Source: Escherichia phage PNJ1902. Taken from it: 64,000 bases of DNA. Under the pieces are notes generated by a model. It made no database searches. It saw only the letters and a list, made by a program, of their open reading frames with translations, and had not been told where the DNA came from. The DNA is taken from sequence record OK254197.1. One strand, written 5' to 3'. Position numbers and translations under genes: made by a program. Shown piece after piece: positions 20,384 through 31,032 of this stretch. Numbering within the stretch: the stretch's first letter is position 1; the number at the start of each line of letters is the position of its first letter.

Positions 20384-22714
20384 ATGAGCCATCGCATTGA
20401 AAAAGTAATTAAACGTGACGGTACTGTAGAAGACTTTGCTCCCGAAAAAATCAATGGTTGGGCAGAGTATGGTTGCAAAACAGTTGATGTAAGTTGGTCA
20501 GCCATTACTATGGCTGCTCAAAAAACTCTGCCTAAAGGGGTTGTAGATTCCGACACTCTGATGGATGCATTAATTAAAGCTGCTGAAAGTCTTATTAAAG
20601 ATAATCCAGCATATGATGTGCCAGCAAAGGAATTACGTCTTGCGCAAATGCGTAAACGCCTTTATGATTCTTTCGAACCACCTTCTCTACGCTTCTTCCA
20701 TGATCACATGGTTAGCGTAGGTGCATGGGAAGACATGAGTGCATGGATTACCGATGAGCAATTTGAAGCTCTGAATCAAGTTATCGACCATGATCGTGAT
20801 CGTCTTTTTACTAGTGGTGGACTGAAACAGTTCTTTGATAAGTATTCCCGTCGTAACATAGCCACTGGTGAAATTTATGAAACTCCGCAGTTTGCCTACA
20901 TGGGTATGGCAATGGCGATGTTATCTCAACCTAACTGGACAATTCTAGATGCAATCGACCTCTACAACGCAATGTCACTCCACAAAATCAACGTTCCTAC
21001 GCCGCCACTGGTTGGTCTGCGCTCTAGTGACCGTGGATTTGCTAGTTGCTGTCTCGTGGATTCCACTGACACGTTGGATTCAATCGACACCGCCGAGCAC
21101 ATCGTCTTCAAAATGGTCGCAGCCAGAGCGGGAATCGGGTATCATCTTGAAAGCCGATCAATTGCTGATCCGGTGCGAAATGGGGCATTCCCGCATTCCG
21201 GAAAACTGCCATATTATCGACACATTGACCGCTCAGTAAAGGCCAATACTCAGCAAACTCGTGGTGGTTCTGCCACAGTGTCTTATCCGTACTTCGACCC
21301 TGAAATCATTCAATTGATGCAGGTTAAGCAACAACGTGCTACAGATGAGAATAAAATCGATAAGATGGATTATTCTCTGAGCTTTAACAATCTTTTGTTA
21401 AAACGTTATCTTAAAAACGAAGATATTACGCTAATGTCATACTTCTATGCTCCAGAAGTTCATGAAGCGTTTTATAGTGATGACGAGGCTAAATTTGAAG
21501 AAATCTACGTGGCAGCGGAGAAACGTGTGGCATCTCTTACAAAGATCGACCACGAAGGAAAAACAGTTCCTGCAGCTCCTAAAGTCTCTGCAAAAGAAAT
21601 CCTAGATACTTGGCTACGTATCCGAATGGAAACAGGACGTATGTATGCTCACCACATTGGGGAATCTAATCGTCACGGTAACTTCCTTGATCCGATCCGT
21701 ATGACAAACCTTTGTGTTGAAATTACTCAGCCTACACGCCCGTTCCATCACATTACAGAGCTGTACAAGACAAAAGAGCAGCTTGATCAAATGAAGCCGG
21801 AGGATATTGGTGAAGTATCTCTGTGTAACTTAGGTGGTGTTGTACTTGGACGCATGGAATCTCTGGCTGAGTGGGAAAAAACTTGCTACATCCTTCTGAA
21901 ATTCGTTGATACAATTATTGAAATTCAGGATTATCCGTTCCCAACTATGGAATATACGGCTAAGAAACGTCGTAATGTTGGTATTGGCCTGATGAACGCA
22001 GCAGGTGCAATGGCAGCAGAAGGTCTGGCTTACGAAGGTATTGAAGCTCGTAACTGGATTCACCGTGAGGCTGAAAAACTGTCTTACTTCCTGCATAAAG
22101 CCTCTGTACGCCTAGCTAAAGAACAGGGTGCATGTGAGTGGTTTGATCGTACTAAACCATCTAAAGGAATCCTGGTAATCGACACGTACAAGAAAACTGT
22201 TGATGAACTGGTATCCGTAGGTCTAGAAATGGATTGGGAGTCTCTGCGTGCAGATATTCTGAAATATGGTATGCGTAACTCTGTTCTGACTGCTCAGATG
22301 CCAGGAGAAAGTTCTTCTGTTCTGTTAGGTGTTACTAACTCTATCGAACCACCTCGTAAGATTGTATCTATCAAGGGTAGTGCAGTAAATAAAGTAATTG
22401 CAATTGCTCCAGGTGCAACCGATTGGGAAACGTTAATGAGCTATAAACTGGCTTATGATGTAGATCGTATCGAGTGGATCAAGTGGGTAGCAACTATGCA
22501 GAAATTCTTCAGTCAGTCTATCAGTACGAATATGTACTATGACTACACCAAGTTTGAGAATGAAATCATTCCTGGCCCAGTAGTAGTTCGTGATTTCATG
22601 ACTGCTGTTAAGTATGGATGGAAAACTTGGTATTATGCTAACTTCAATACCGCAAATGGTGGAGGTGCTGGAGAAGAAGCAGCCGGTTGTGCATCCGGTG
22701 GTTGTACTATTTAA
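20384..22714 (+). CDS. nrdA: Ribonucleoside-diphosphate reductase large subunit (class Ia)
   Basis: ~776 aa from ATG at 20384 (MSHRIEKVIKRDGT ATP-cone start) with RBS AAAGGAAAG; catalytic-site cysteines present. Confidence 0.85.
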   Translation: MSHRIEKVIKRDGTVEDFAPEKINGWAEYGCKTVDVSWSAITMAAQKTLPKGVVDSDTLMDALIKAAESLIKDNPAYDVPAKELRLAQMRKRLYDSFEPPSLRFFHDHMVSVGAWEDMSAWITDEQFEALNQVIDHDRDRLFTSGGLKQFFDKYSRRNIATGEIYETPQFAYMGMAMAMLSQPNWTILDAIDLYNAMSLHKINVPTPPLVGLRSSDRGFASCCLVDSTDTLDSIDTAEHIVFKMVAARAGIGYHLESRSIADPVRNGAFPHSGKLPYYRHIDRSVKANTQQTRGGSATVSYPYFDPEIIQLMQVKQQRATDENKIDKMDYSLSFNNLLLKRYLKNEDITLMSYFYAPEVHEAFYSDDEAKFEEIYVAAEKRVASLTKIDHEGKTVPAAPKVSAKEILDTWLRIRMETGRMYAHHIGESNRHGNFLDPIRMTNLCVEITQPTRPFHHITELYKTKEQLDQMKPEDIGEVSLCNLGGVVLGRMESLAEWEKTCYILLKFVDTIIEIQDYPFPTMEYTAKKRRNVGIGLMNAAGAMAAEGLAYEGIEARNWIHREAEKLSYFLHKASVRLAKEQGACEWFDRTKPSKGILVIDTYKKTVDELVSVGLEMDWESLRADILKYGMRNSVLTAQMPGESSSVLLGVTNSIEPPRKIVSIKGSAVNKVIAIAPGATDWETLMSYKLAYDVDRIEWIKWVATMQKFFSQSISTNMYYDYTKFENEIIPGPVVVRDFMTAVKYGWKTWYYANFNTANGGGAGEEAAGCASGGCTI

Positions 22715-22723
22715 TAAAAACAA

Positions 22724-22750
22724 GGAGATCTTCGGGTCTCCTTTTTCTTT
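22724..22750 (+). terminator. Intrinsic terminator
   Basis: GGAGATCTTCGGGTCTCC hairpin + TTTTTCTTT. Confidence 0.65.
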
Positions 22751-22820
22751 GAAATTTTACTTGCTAATCGCTACCAGATTTGCTATAATATTCCTGAAAT
22801 AGTGAGAAAGAGGAAAATCA

Positions 22821-23966
22821 ATGACTACTTTACTAAACCTGAATTGGGATCATACTAACGCTGACCTTTTCCTGGGAGATTCTCTCGGTATCGCAGATTA
22901 TGTACGTGTAGCACACCCAGAACTAGAACGTCTAGCACTTTTGCAACGCTCTCAATTTTGGACTGAAACTGAAATCAGTCTAGAAGCAGATAAGAAACAA
23001 TGGCCTAATCTCCCACGTGAAATTCAGGAAATTACACTCCTGAACTTAGCATGGCAGACTCAAACTGATTCCTTTATCAGTCGTGCTCCTGAAGCAGCTA
23101 TTATGCCGCTTGTAAGTCGTCCAGAATTGGAAGGTATGCTCAAACAGTGGAGCTATTTTGAAGACCTGCATAGTCGTGCTTATAGCAATATTATTCGTAA
23201 TGTGCTAACTGATCCAGCAGAATTTATTGATTCTGTAACCAAAAACCAAGAAGCATTCGCACGCATCGCTGATTCTGTTGAACTATTCGATGAACTGTAC
23301 CAGTTAGGTCAGTATTTCATCGCAGTACGCGATCATCGTGGTGACAATACATATCCAGAAACTGAGTTCCCTGAAGTTAAACGTGAAACTCAGGCTAAAC
23401 TATTAGACGCTTACTTTGCGATCTACGGTCTGGAAGCAATGCAGTTTTACGCATCCTTTGCATGTACCTTTGCATTAGCAGAAAACGATATTCTGCAAGG
23501 TATTGCTAAAAATCTGCAATTAATCGCTAAAGATGAAGCTCTGCACACTCAGATGTCCAAAGCAATCATCCAGATTATGTTTCAACAATTTGACAAAGAT
23601 CTGGTAGAGGAAGCAGTGGCTAAAGCACCAGCACAGCTCCTGAAAACTCTGAAAACTGAAATTGAATGGGGTCATTTCATTTTCAAAGGTCGTAGTCTGA
23701 TTGGCTTGAATGCAGAACTTCTAGAAGAATATCTGTACTTTGTGGGGCGTAATGCATTTATGCACATCGGTGTAGAATGGCCAAGTAACCTGCCGGTAAT
23801 CACCAAGAACCCTATTCCATGGATCATGAACTGGTTGGATACCACTTCTTTACAGCCTGCTCCACAAGAAATCCAGATTGGTGCAGCATATCGTGTAGGT
23901 CAGGTAACTGAGACCTCTACTGATACTCTGAAAGATCTGGGCAATGAATTTGGAGATTTCTTATGA
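22821..23966 (+). CDS. nrdB: Ribonucleoside-diphosphate reductase small subunit
   Basis: 381 aa; di-iron ligand pattern and position after nrdA. Confidence 0.8.
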   Translation: MTTLLNLNWDHTNADLFLGDSLGIADYVRVAHPELERLALLQRSQFWTETEISLEADKKQWPNLPREIQEITLLNLAWQTQTDSFISRAPEAAIMPLVSRPELEGMLKQWSYFEDLHSRAYSNIIRNVLTDPAEFIDSVTKNQEAFARIADSVELFDELYQLGQYFIAVRDHRGDNTYPETEFPEVKRETQAKLLDAYFAIYGLEAMQFYASFACTFALAENDILQGIAKNLQLIAKDEALHTQMSKAIIQIMFQQFDKDLVEEAVAKAPAQLLKTLKTEIEWGHFIFKGRSLIGLNAELLEEYLYFVGRNAFMHIGVEWPSNLPVITKNPIPWIMNWLDTTSLQPAPQEIQIGAAYRVGQVTETSTDTLKDLGNEFGDFL

Positions 23967-24496
23967 TAACGGCATTATATGCAGTTGGGCCGAATGGGGA
24001 GTTCGGCCTCCGAGGTAAACTCCCCTGGGGTTCCTTCAAAGAAGAACTAGATGCTTTCTACTCTCAACTGGACGTGTTGAACCCAGATAACATCATCATT
24101 GGTGCGGGCACTTATTTAGCACTTCCAGAAGTTGTTCGGCAACGTATGATTGGAGAATCTGACCTCTTTATTCGTGCGGATCGTCCTCTGCCTGATGATA
24201 TTAAACATGGTATTTACACTCCAATTTCTAAGATTGGGGATACATTACCTACATTCTTAAAAGATCAACAGACAGTGGTTTTAGGTGGCGCAACATTATT
24301 GTACGAAATGTATATTCATGGACATATTGAAAGTGCTTTTGTATCCACAATCTTTAGTAATCAAAAACTAGAGGCAGATGTACATCTGGATAATACGATT
24401 CTAGATTACAACTATGAATCTACTCGTTTAGTTTACGCAACTGGCGCAAACAGTGATAACAGCCTGCGATTTGTACAGGAATTGGTTACTTATTAA
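23963..24496 (+). CDS. Dihydrofolate reductase
   Basis: 177 aa; overlaps nrdB stop; sits between nrdB and thymidylate synthase. Confidence 0.65.
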   Translation: MITALYAVGPNGEFGLRGKLPWGSFKEELDAFYSQLDVLNPDNIIIGAGTYLALPEVVRQRMIGESDLFIRADRPLPDDIKHGIYTPISKIGDTLPTFLKDQQTVVLGGATLLYEMYIHGHIESAFVSTIFSNQKLEADVHLDNTILDYNYESTRLVYATGANSDNSLRFVQELVTY

Positions 24497-25350
24497 TGGA
24501 TCAGTATATCGAAGTTGGAAAACGTATTCTATCAGAGGGTCAGTGGGTAACGAATCCTAGAACAGGGGTTCGTTGCCTAACTATTATTGACGCAGATTTT
24601 ACTTTTAACGTAGGTGCAGGTGAATTCCCCCTTATTACTACCCGTAAGGCGTTTGCAAAACAAGCAATAATGGAAATGATTGGGTATCTACGTGGATATG
24701 ACTCAGCAGCACAATTCCGCGCTATTGGTGTTAACACATGGAATGCTAATGCAAATGAAAACTTAGCTTGGCTAGACAATCCATACCGTAAAGGTGAGGA
24801 TGATATGGGGCGAGTCTATGGTGTTCAAGGACGTCAGTGGACTAATTCCGATGGTCTTATGTTTGACCAACTAGCCAAGATTTATCATAATCTGAAGAAG
24901 GGCATTGATGATCGTGGGGAAATTCTAACATTCTGGAATCCGGGAGAGTTCTCAAAGGGTTGCTTACGTCCATGTATGCACACTCATCAGTTCTCTATTT
25001 TGGGAGATACATTATACCTGAACTCTTTCCAGAGATCTAATGACTTCCTGTTAGGCCAAGTATTTAACATGGTTCAGTGCTATACGCTTCTAGCATTAAT
25101 GGCACAGATTACAGGCCTTAAACCAGGAATTGCACGCCAGAAGATTATCAATCTTCATATCTATGAGGATCAGTATAATGTTTTGATGGAGCATAAGCAA
25201 TTCGATCGTGAACCTTTTGCACATCCTACTCTAGAAATCAATCCAAATATCCGAACTCTGGAGGATGTATTGACCTGGGTAAGTAAGGATGATTTTACTG
25301 TCCGTGGTTACGAACACCACCCTGCTATTGCATATCCATTCACTGTGTAA
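24496..25350 (+). CDS. Thymidylate synthase
   Basis: 284 aa; active-site region CLRPCMHT... Confidence 0.75.
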   Translation: MDQYIEVGKRILSEGQWVTNPRTGVRCLTIIDADFTFNVGAGEFPLITTRKAFAKQAIMEMIGYLRGYDSAAQFRAIGVNTWNANANENLAWLDNPYRKGEDDMGRVYGVQGRQWTNSDGLMFDQLAKIYHNLKKGIDDRGEILTFWNPGEFSKGCLRPCMHTHQFSILGDTLYLNSFQRSNDFLLGQVFNMVQCYTLLALMAQITGLKPGIARQKIINLHIYEDQYNVLMEHKQFDREPFAHPTLEINPNIRTLEDVLTWVSKDDFTVRGYEHHPAIAYPFTV

Positions 25351-25356
25351 TTTAAA

Positions 25357-25380
25357 TAGCCCTTCGGGGCTATTATATTT
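25357..25380 (+). terminator. Intrinsic terminator
   Basis: TAGCCCTTCGGGGCTA hairpin + T-rich tail. Confidence 0.55.
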
Positions 25381-25443
25381 AAATTTCATTTGCTTATTTA
25401 GTGAAATTTAAATATAATATATTTTATAAATTGGAGGCATATA

Positions 25444-25725
25444 ATGATCTCAGCCAAAGAAGCTCAAGAACTTGCAGGATTAACAGAAGTACCTGCATTT
25501 CTAAAGTTTATAGAAGAAAAGATCGTAGAAGCTGCTAAGTCTGGAAATACAGAAGTAATTATTCGAGATAATCCTTACGCTAGGTGGCTATATAATCCTA
25601 GAGAAATGCCAGGAGCAGCTAAATCGGTACTAAAAACCTTATCGGATAAGGGGTATCATATCTCTCAATACTACCGAGAAGCTGCCTTTGTAGACATGGG
25701 TCTTAAAATTAGTTGGGAGGTATAA
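25444..25725 (+). CDS. Hypothetical protein
   Basis: 93 aa ORF. Confidence 0.5.
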   Translation: MISAKEAQELAGLTEVPAFLKFIEEKIVEAAKSGNTEVIIRDNPYARWLYNPREMPGAAKSVLKTLSDKGYHISQYYREAAFVDMGLKISWEV

Positions 25726-26201
25726 TGTCGGTTTTCCACATTTACACAGATGGTGCTTGTAAGTCTAACCCAGGTCCAGGTGCTTGGGGTTTTATTGTCT
25801 ATAATGATAACGACGATCGTTTAGGTTCTAAATCTGGTTATAATCCTAAAACTACAAATAATGAGATGGAACTCACAGCTATTGTAGAGGCTTTACGTTG
25901 GTCTGTTAAAAAAGATAATAGACCAATTGCTATCTATACTGACTCTGCTTATTGCAAAAATGGCATGGAAAGTTGGATGTTTTCTTGGCAAAGGAAAGGC
26001 TGGAAGAAAGCAGATGGTGAAGCTCCTCTTAATCTAGAACTTTGGCAGGAAGCATTTAAATTAACACAGCAGTATATCAACTTTCATAATACTAACCCTA
26101 CCTTTATTAAGGTTAAAGGACACTCTGGTATTAGTGGTAATGAAGCTGTAGATGCATTGTGTAATACAGTTATTACTGAAGCTGAAATGGCTGAGATGTA
26201 A
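25725..26201 (+). CDS. Ribonuclease H
   Basis: ~158 aa from ATG 25725 (RBS GGGAGG); MSVFHIYTDGACKSNPGPGAWG... RNase HI N-terminus. Confidence 0.75.
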   Translation: MSVFHIYTDGACKSNPGPGAWGFIVYNDNDDRLGSKSGYNPKTTNNEMELTAIVEALRWSVKKDNRPIAIYTDSAYCKNGMESWMFSWQRKGWKKADGEAPLNLELWQEAFKLTQQYINFHNTNPTFIKVKGHSGISGNEAVDALCNTVITEAEMAEM

Positions 26202-26221
26202 TAAATAAATTAAAAATTCAC

Positions 26222-26250
26222 TTGCTTAAAGCCCTCTAATTTAGTATAAT
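26222..26250 (+). promoter_or_regulatory. sigma70 promoter (T5 early type)
   Basis: TTGCTT-17-TATAAT preceded by AAAAATTCA. Confidence 0.65.
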
Positions 26251-26277
26251 ATTCGTATTGAAAGTGAGGAGGGCTTT

Positions 26278-26562
26278 ATGCGGATTTATAACTCAAATTC
26301 ATTAGGATTTAAGCCATTGAGAAAACGTGCACAATCACCTCGTCAAATAAGAAAGGCTAATATTGGTGAGCCAGAAACACGTCTTCCACCTCCTCCAGAG
26401 CAACGTTTAGTTTATCTGGACGAAGAGTTAGCTGAACGCGAAAGAAAAGCTCAAGAAGAGATTGAGCGTAAGAAAATGTGTACTGCTCCAGCCTACTCCA
26501 AAGGAGCTTATCAGTATATCTATACAGCCGAGGAGGCTAAAGATGCGGGGCGTAAAAAATGA
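26278..26562 (+). CDS. Hypothetical protein
   Basis: 94 aa ORF. Confidence 0.5.
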   Translation: MRIYNSNSLGFKPLRKRAQSPRQIRKANIGEPETRLPPPPEQRLVYLDEELAERERKAQEEIERKKMCTAPAYSKGAYQYIYTAEEAKDAGRKK

Positions 26563-27008
26563 AGATTACCGAATTTAAAGGTACTTATAGTTTCTTATCT
26601 AACTTTTATTTATCACCAATTACTTTCGAATACCTAAACGAGATATGGCATGCTGATACTGTAGAACATGCTTTTCAGGCTATGAAATCCGACCAAAAAG
26701 ATGATGTAGCTCATGTACTGCGCTCCCTAAATGCAGGAGTTGCCAAACGTAGAGGACGTAAATTAACTCTACGCTCTGACTGGGATAAGGTAAAAGATGA
26801 TGTAATGCTAGAGCTTTTACGGTTAAAGTTTGCAATCCCTGATTTGAGAGACAAACTGTTAGCAACAAAAAATGCAACTTTGATCGAAGGAAATACCTGG
26901 GGAGATACATATTGGGGTGTTTGCCGAGGCATCGGGGATAATACTCTAGGTGTTCTTTTGATGCAGGTAAGGTCTGAAATTAAAAGAAGCTTACAGTTAA
27001 TAAATTAA
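26559..27008 (+). CDS. NADAR/YbiA-like domain protein
   Basis: 149 aa; LSNFY...HAFQAMK motifs typical of the YbiA/NADAR family. Confidence 0.5.
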   Translation: MKITEFKGTYSFLSNFYLSPITFEYLNEIWHADTVEHAFQAMKSDQKDDVAHVLRSLNAGVAKRRGRKLTLRSDWDKVKDDVMLELLRLKFAIPDLRDKLLATKNATLIEGNTWGDTYWGVCRGIGDNTLGVLLMQVRSEIKRSLQLIN

Positions 27009-27016
27009 AAATTCAT

Positions 27017-27045
27017 TTGCTAAATGCTTCAAATTCTCGTATAAT
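27017..27045 (+). promoter_or_regulatory. sigma70 promoter (T5 early type)
   Basis: TTGCTA-17-TATAAT. Confidence 0.7.
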
Positions 27046-27083
27046 ATACTTCATAAATTGATAAACAAAAAGGAAAACAAATA

Positions 27084-27599
27084 ATGGCTAAGCAGAAAAA
27101 CGCAAAAACTCAAGCAGCTCCGGCAGTTAAAACTTTCCCGCAGACCGAGGCTAATCGCAAAGCTCGCCTGGAACGTCACCTGCGTAAGCATCCTACCGAT
27201 ACCCAGGCTGCGCAAGCACTGAATAATCCGGCTCCGATTCGTCAGAAGCCTAAAGCTAAAAATGCCACCCGTAAATCCTACAAAATGGTTATGTATGTAG
27301 AAAATTACGGCCACAAATCTGTCCCAGTTTCCCTGAGCTTTAACGCTGGGGCTGAATTGTTCTCTCGTAATGGTATGTCTATGAAAGACTATGAGAAGGC
27401 AGTTAACCAGAAGCGTAAACCAACAGCAGATGTATTGCGCGATACTCGTGGACAGTTTGGTTCTGTTAAGCCAAATATCTTTGGCGTAGAGTATAGTAAA
27501 GATAATGTTCGTGCTCTGTGTTACGGTGTAGGCATTAAGTTCACGGGTGATTCTGCTTGTAAATCTGCTAAACCAGCTCGTAAGCGTAAAGCGAAGTAA
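27084..27599 (+). CDS. Basic hypothetical protein
   Basis: 171 aa, Lys/Arg-rich termini. Confidence 0.55.
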   Translation: MAKQKNAKTQAAPAVKTFPQTEANRKARLERHLRKHPTDTQAAQALNNPAPIRQKPKAKNATRKSYKMVMYVENYGHKSVPVSLSFNAGAELFSRNGMSMKDYEKAVNQKRKPTADVLRDTRGQFGSVKPNIFGVEYSKDNVRALCYGVGIKFTGDSACKSAKPARKRKAK

Positions 27600-27609
27600 T
27601 AGATAAATA

Positions 27610-27623
27610 GGGGCGAAAGCCCC
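27610..27623 (+). terminator. GC hairpin (weak terminator candidate)
   Basis: GGGGCGAAAGCCCC, no clear T-run. Confidence 0.3.
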
Positions 27624-27663
27624 TACAATCGATTAATTCTCTAACTAATCAAGGATATTTTTT

Positions 27664-27879
27664 ATGTTCTCTAAGAAACCACGTTCTGTTACTGAAATTG
27701 TTGCTTCCTTTACCACTATCACTGATGAGCTTCAAGCTCGTATTGAGGCTGATCAAAAAATCGCAGCTGATATTCAGAAACAGCAGGAAGAACTCGCTTT
27801 AAAGTTGGCTGAAACTAACAAGAGTGAAAAATCTGCCCAAACTATTATGGAAAATATCCTTAAACTGCTGGGCAAGTGA
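27664..27879 (+). CDS. Hypothetical protein
   Basis: 71 aa ORF. Confidence 0.45.
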   Translation: MFSKKPRSVTEIVASFTTITDELQARIEADQKIAADIQKQQEELALKLAETNKSEKSAQTIMENILKLLGK

Positions 27880-27887
27880 TTTAAATC

Positions 27888-27908
27888 AGGGGGCAAAAGC
27901 CCCTCTTA
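27888..27908 (+). terminator. Hairpin terminator candidate
   Basis: AGGGGGCAAAAGCCCCT + CTTATTT. Confidence 0.4.
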
Positions 27909-27920
27909 TTTGGAGAAACT

Positions 27921-28142
27921 ATGCGTAATTTTGTAGCAAAGAATGATTTTAACCGTGCTAGCACCCATAAGTCAGCTAGGGATTATACACGACTTTCTAG
28001 TCATGAGGTAATGGATTTAGCAGTGGATGAGTTAGACTTAGATGACCCCTATATGGAAGAGAACTGGGATGTCAGTGAGGATATGCTTCCTGGTTTTAAA
28101 GACCCCAAGAAGTGGGAGTCTATTAAAGAGACAGCTCTTTAA
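27921..28142 (+). CDS. Hypothetical protein
   Basis: 73 aa ORF. Confidence 0.45.
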   Translation: MRNFVAKNDFNRASTHKSARDYTRLSSHEVMDLAVDELDLDDPYMEENWDVSEDMLPGFKDPKKWESIKETAL

Positions 28143-28170
28143 TAGTTTTCTACACAATAAAGGATAAGTT

Positions 28171-28872
28171 ATGAAAGTAAAACCATTTGGTATGCTAGAT
28201 ATTGAATCTCTAGGAACTCCAGGAGATTGTGGTACTACTCATATCGCAATGCCTTCTTTCGCTTTTGTGGCTATGCATGGAATTGATAAAGACCCTGATC
28301 TAGTATTTGTTACTTTGGATGTGCAAGATCAACTTAATTCTGGTGCCAAAGTTACAGCATCTACTCTAGCATTCTGGATGGATCAAGCTAAAAATAGTCC
28401 GTCTGCTATCCACATTATGGAAGCTATGAAGGAACGTAATCCAAAACTGATTGCCTTCCAAAATGGTAAACATCATTGCACTAATAAATTAGGCTCAAAC
28501 TATGCTGCCTTCTCTATGGCTCAAAATATTATGGAGTTGGCTCTAGGCGAAAATGCTTTGTATTATGGCAATGGCCCAGAGTTTGATATGACTATCTACT
28601 CTGCAAATACGTTCCATGCTGGAACCAATGAAGAGGTAGTTCCGTGGAAATTCTGGAATTTGGGCAATGTTCGATCTCTTCGTAATCTCTGGATGCAAGC
28701 TGGATACAGTTATAAAGCTCTAGAGACCGAAGGTATTAGCTGGGCAATAGCTAAAATGGAGAAGATGGACACTATTCGTTATGGGATCTATCCGGTTAAG
28801 CACGACCCAGCATTCGATGCCTTAGTTGAGAGCTATTGTGTTGCAGCTATGATCGAAAAAATGAAAATTTGA
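28171..28872 (+). CDS. Putative DEDDh-type 3'-5' exonuclease
   Basis: 233 aa; Exo I-like LDIES and Exo III-like HDPAFDAL motifs. Confidence 0.45.
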   Translation: MKVKPFGMLDIESLGTPGDCGTTHIAMPSFAFVAMHGIDKDPDLVFVTLDVQDQLNSGAKVTASTLAFWMDQAKNSPSAIHIMEAMKERNPKLIAFQNGKHHCTNKLGSNYAAFSMAQNIMELALGENALYYGNGPEFDMTIYSANTFHAGTNEEVVPWKFWNLGNVRSLRNLWMQAGYSYKALETEGISWAIAKMEKMDTIRYGIYPVKHDPAFDALVESYCVAAMIEKMKI

Positions 28873-28873
28873 T

Positions 28874-28902
28874 TTGCTTCCGGCTCCAAAATTCTGTATA
28901 AT
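28874..28902 (+). promoter_or_regulatory. sigma70 promoter (T5 early type)
   Basis: TTGCTT-17-TATAAT. Confidence 0.65.
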
Positions 28903-28942
28903 ATATTCATAAATTTGAGAAAACAATAAAAGGAAAACAAAT

Positions 28943-29125
28943 ATGCCAGTATCTAAAAATGTTCGTAAAAATGGTAAGAAAGCTACTCGTGATCTGGGTA
29001 TCCGTCGTATGGCTGAACGTCAATCAGGTATCCAGAAAATCTTTAATCTACTAAATCGTGCTAATCCTAAAATTGATAACAGTAACGATACTGTTCTGCG
29101 CACTCTGCTGGCAATTGGTCTGTAA
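28943..29125 (+). CDS. Hypothetical protein
   Basis: 60 aa ORF. Confidence 0.4.
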   Translation: MPVSKNVRKNGKKATRDLGIRRMAERQSGIQKIFNLLNRANPKIDNSNDTVLRTLLAIGL

Positions 29126-29178
29126 TAGACCAAATTTAAACAAATTCAAATCTCAAACTTCATATAAGGAAGCAAATA

Positions 29179-29817
29179 ATGACTACTCGTATTTCTAAAA
29201 CTCGTGCTCTGGCAACTATCAAATCTCTGGAAGCTAAAATCCGTAAAGCTACTGAACAGCAGCTTCTGATCGCTGTTGGTGAAGGTAAGGATAAAAACCA
29301 GGTTGTAGTTGGCGCTGCAATCGAAGTAGCCGATCTGTCTACTCGTATTAAGACTGATTTCCAGTCTCTGCTGGATATGATGTCTAAGCGTGATAGTATC
29401 AAATCTGCTCTGATTAAGAGCAATGCAGAAACAATCGTTGAGATTGGTTCTCGTAAGATGACTGTTGCGGAAGCAATTGAAGCTAAGCGTTCTATGGAGC
29501 TTAAAGCTCAGCTGCTGGCTAACATGCGTAAGCAGTTCCATGCCGCTACGGTTAAGTTTAATACGCAGAAAGCACAGTTTGACGCTAAATATGAGCGTTT
29601 GCAGGATAGCATGGCTACCCGCGATAAGAAAACTTCCGAAGATGAAGTTAAAATGCAGCTCAACCTGCTGGAACTCAAGAATACTCCATTCTTGATTGAT
29701 CCGCTGGAACTGGAGAAGCTGATTAAGCAGCATGACGAGGAATACCAGGACTTTGCAACAAATGTTGACTTTGTTCTGTCCGAGTCTAACGCCTCTACCT
29801 TCATTGAAGTAGAGTAA
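29179..29817 (+). CDS. Coiled-coil hypothetical protein
   Basis: 212 aa; overlapping reverse-strand ORFs judged spurious. Confidence 0.55.
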   Translation: MTTRISKTRALATIKSLEAKIRKATEQQLLIAVGEGKDKNQVVVGAAIEVADLSTRIKTDFQSLLDMMSKRDSIKSALIKSNAETIVEIGSRKMTVAEAIEAKRSMELKAQLLANMRKQFHAATVKFNTQKAQFDAKYERLQDSMATRDKKTSEDEVKMQLNLLELKNTPFLIDPLELEKLIKQHDEEYQDFATNVDFVLSESNASTFIEVE

Positions 29818-30200
29818 TAATTTAAAAGCTAGTAAATCGGTAGACGAAAGCCTAAGCATCTTACCTCGCAGCAGCGGTTGAAATACGAGGTTAAATAAGA
29901 CCGCTGACCATACTATAAAGTATAATCTATTGGAGATTATGTTTATTACACCAGCCTTTTAAGCTGACACGTAAGAACAAAGCGTCGTTGATATTACCGA
30001 CACAACTTCAAAGATCAACATTTAAGTATGAAAGCTGAAAAGTTTAAAGAACTCAAACTTCTAAACTTCTAAAGCTAAAAGATGCAAAGTATTCGTTGAT
30101 GATTCAAACCCTAGATCAAAGGTACATGGCTCATAAGATATGGCCTGTGGCGCCTCTAGGCTGTTTATCGGTTTACTAGTTTCACAATTTAAAAATGTAT

Positions 30201-30229
30201 TTGCTAATCTACTAAATTATATGTATAAT
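30201..30229 (+). promoter_or_regulatory. sigma70 promoter (T5 early type)
   Basis: TTGCTA-17-TATAAT. Confidence 0.65.
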
Positions 30230-30259
30230 ATATTTTTAAATTGATGAAACGAGGCTATT

Positions 30260-30577
30260 ATGACTTTTCATATTTTGATTGATGATGTGCGTAATCTTCA
30301 CGGAATGGACATTATCATTCGAACCCCAGAAGCCGCTGTAGAGTTTCTGAATAAAACTGATACCACAGGCCATTTTGTTTATATGGATAATGACTTGGCT
30401 GTAGATGGTATGGAAGGTTATCAAATTCTTCGTTTACTCTTAGAATTTGGGCAGAGACCAAAGAAAGTGGTACTAGTAACCTCGAACCCAGTAGCTAAGC
30501 AAAATATGCGTAATGATTTGCTTGACTTAGGGTATAAAGAAAATCCCAATCGTGTTGAATATGATTGGCAGGAGTAA
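30260..30577 (+). CDS. Stand-alone receiver (CheY-like) domain protein
   Basis: 105 aa; DD near N-terminus, central Asp, VVLVTS and downstream Lys consistent with receiver fold. Confidence 0.4.
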   Translation: MTFHILIDDVRNLHGMDIIIRTPEAAVEFLNKTDTTGHFVYMDNDLAVDGMEGYQILRLLLEFGQRPKKVVLVTSNPVAKQNMRNDLLDLGYKENPNRVEYDWQE

Positions 30578-30582
30578 AAAGA

Positions 30583-31032
30583 ATGAAGGCAGCTTTGCTT
30601 TTAGTAGCTGCCCTTACCTTCAGCTTTAGTAGTCAGGCATCGCACGATGCAAAAGAAATAGATTGCATTGCTAAAAATATCTATTTCGAGAGTCGTGGTG
30701 AGGGCATAAAGGGAATGACGGCGATTGCACATGTTACTAAAAACCGTGTAAACTCCGGTAAATTCCCAGATTCCTACTGTAAAGTAGTATATCAGTCTAA
30801 CCAGTTCTCTTGGGTATCTAAGAGACCAAAAGTTGATAAAACCGATGAGGCTTGGCAAACAGCCAAGAATTTAGCTAGAGTGATATACTACGTTGATTTA
30901 CCACAAGATCCTACACATGGAGCACTATACTTCCATAGTGGTAAAGATAAACCTTATTGGACAAAGAAGTTTAAGAAAACAACTAAGATTAAGGGACATA
31001 CGTTTTATAAACCTGTTGTCACTAAAACTTAA
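30583..31032 (+). CDS. Secreted SleB-like cell-wall hydrolase
   Basis: ~149 aa from ATG 30583; signal peptide then NIYFESRGEG...AHV..NR motif. Confidence 0.6.
   Translation: MKAALLLVAALTFSFSSQASHDAKEIDCIAKNIYFESRGEGIKGMTAIAHVTKNRVNSGKFPDSYCKVVYQSNQFSWVSKRPKVDKTDEAWQTAKNLARVIYYVDLPQDPTHGALYFHSGKDKPYWTKKFKKTTKIKGHTFYKPVVTKT

Noticed and set aside
29146-29859. 237-aa minus-strand ORF and other reverse or overlapping ORFs at 29160-29804
   Set aside because: All overlap the well-supported plus-strand 212-aa coiled-coil gene (29179-29817), which has an RBS and sits in a plus-strand operon.
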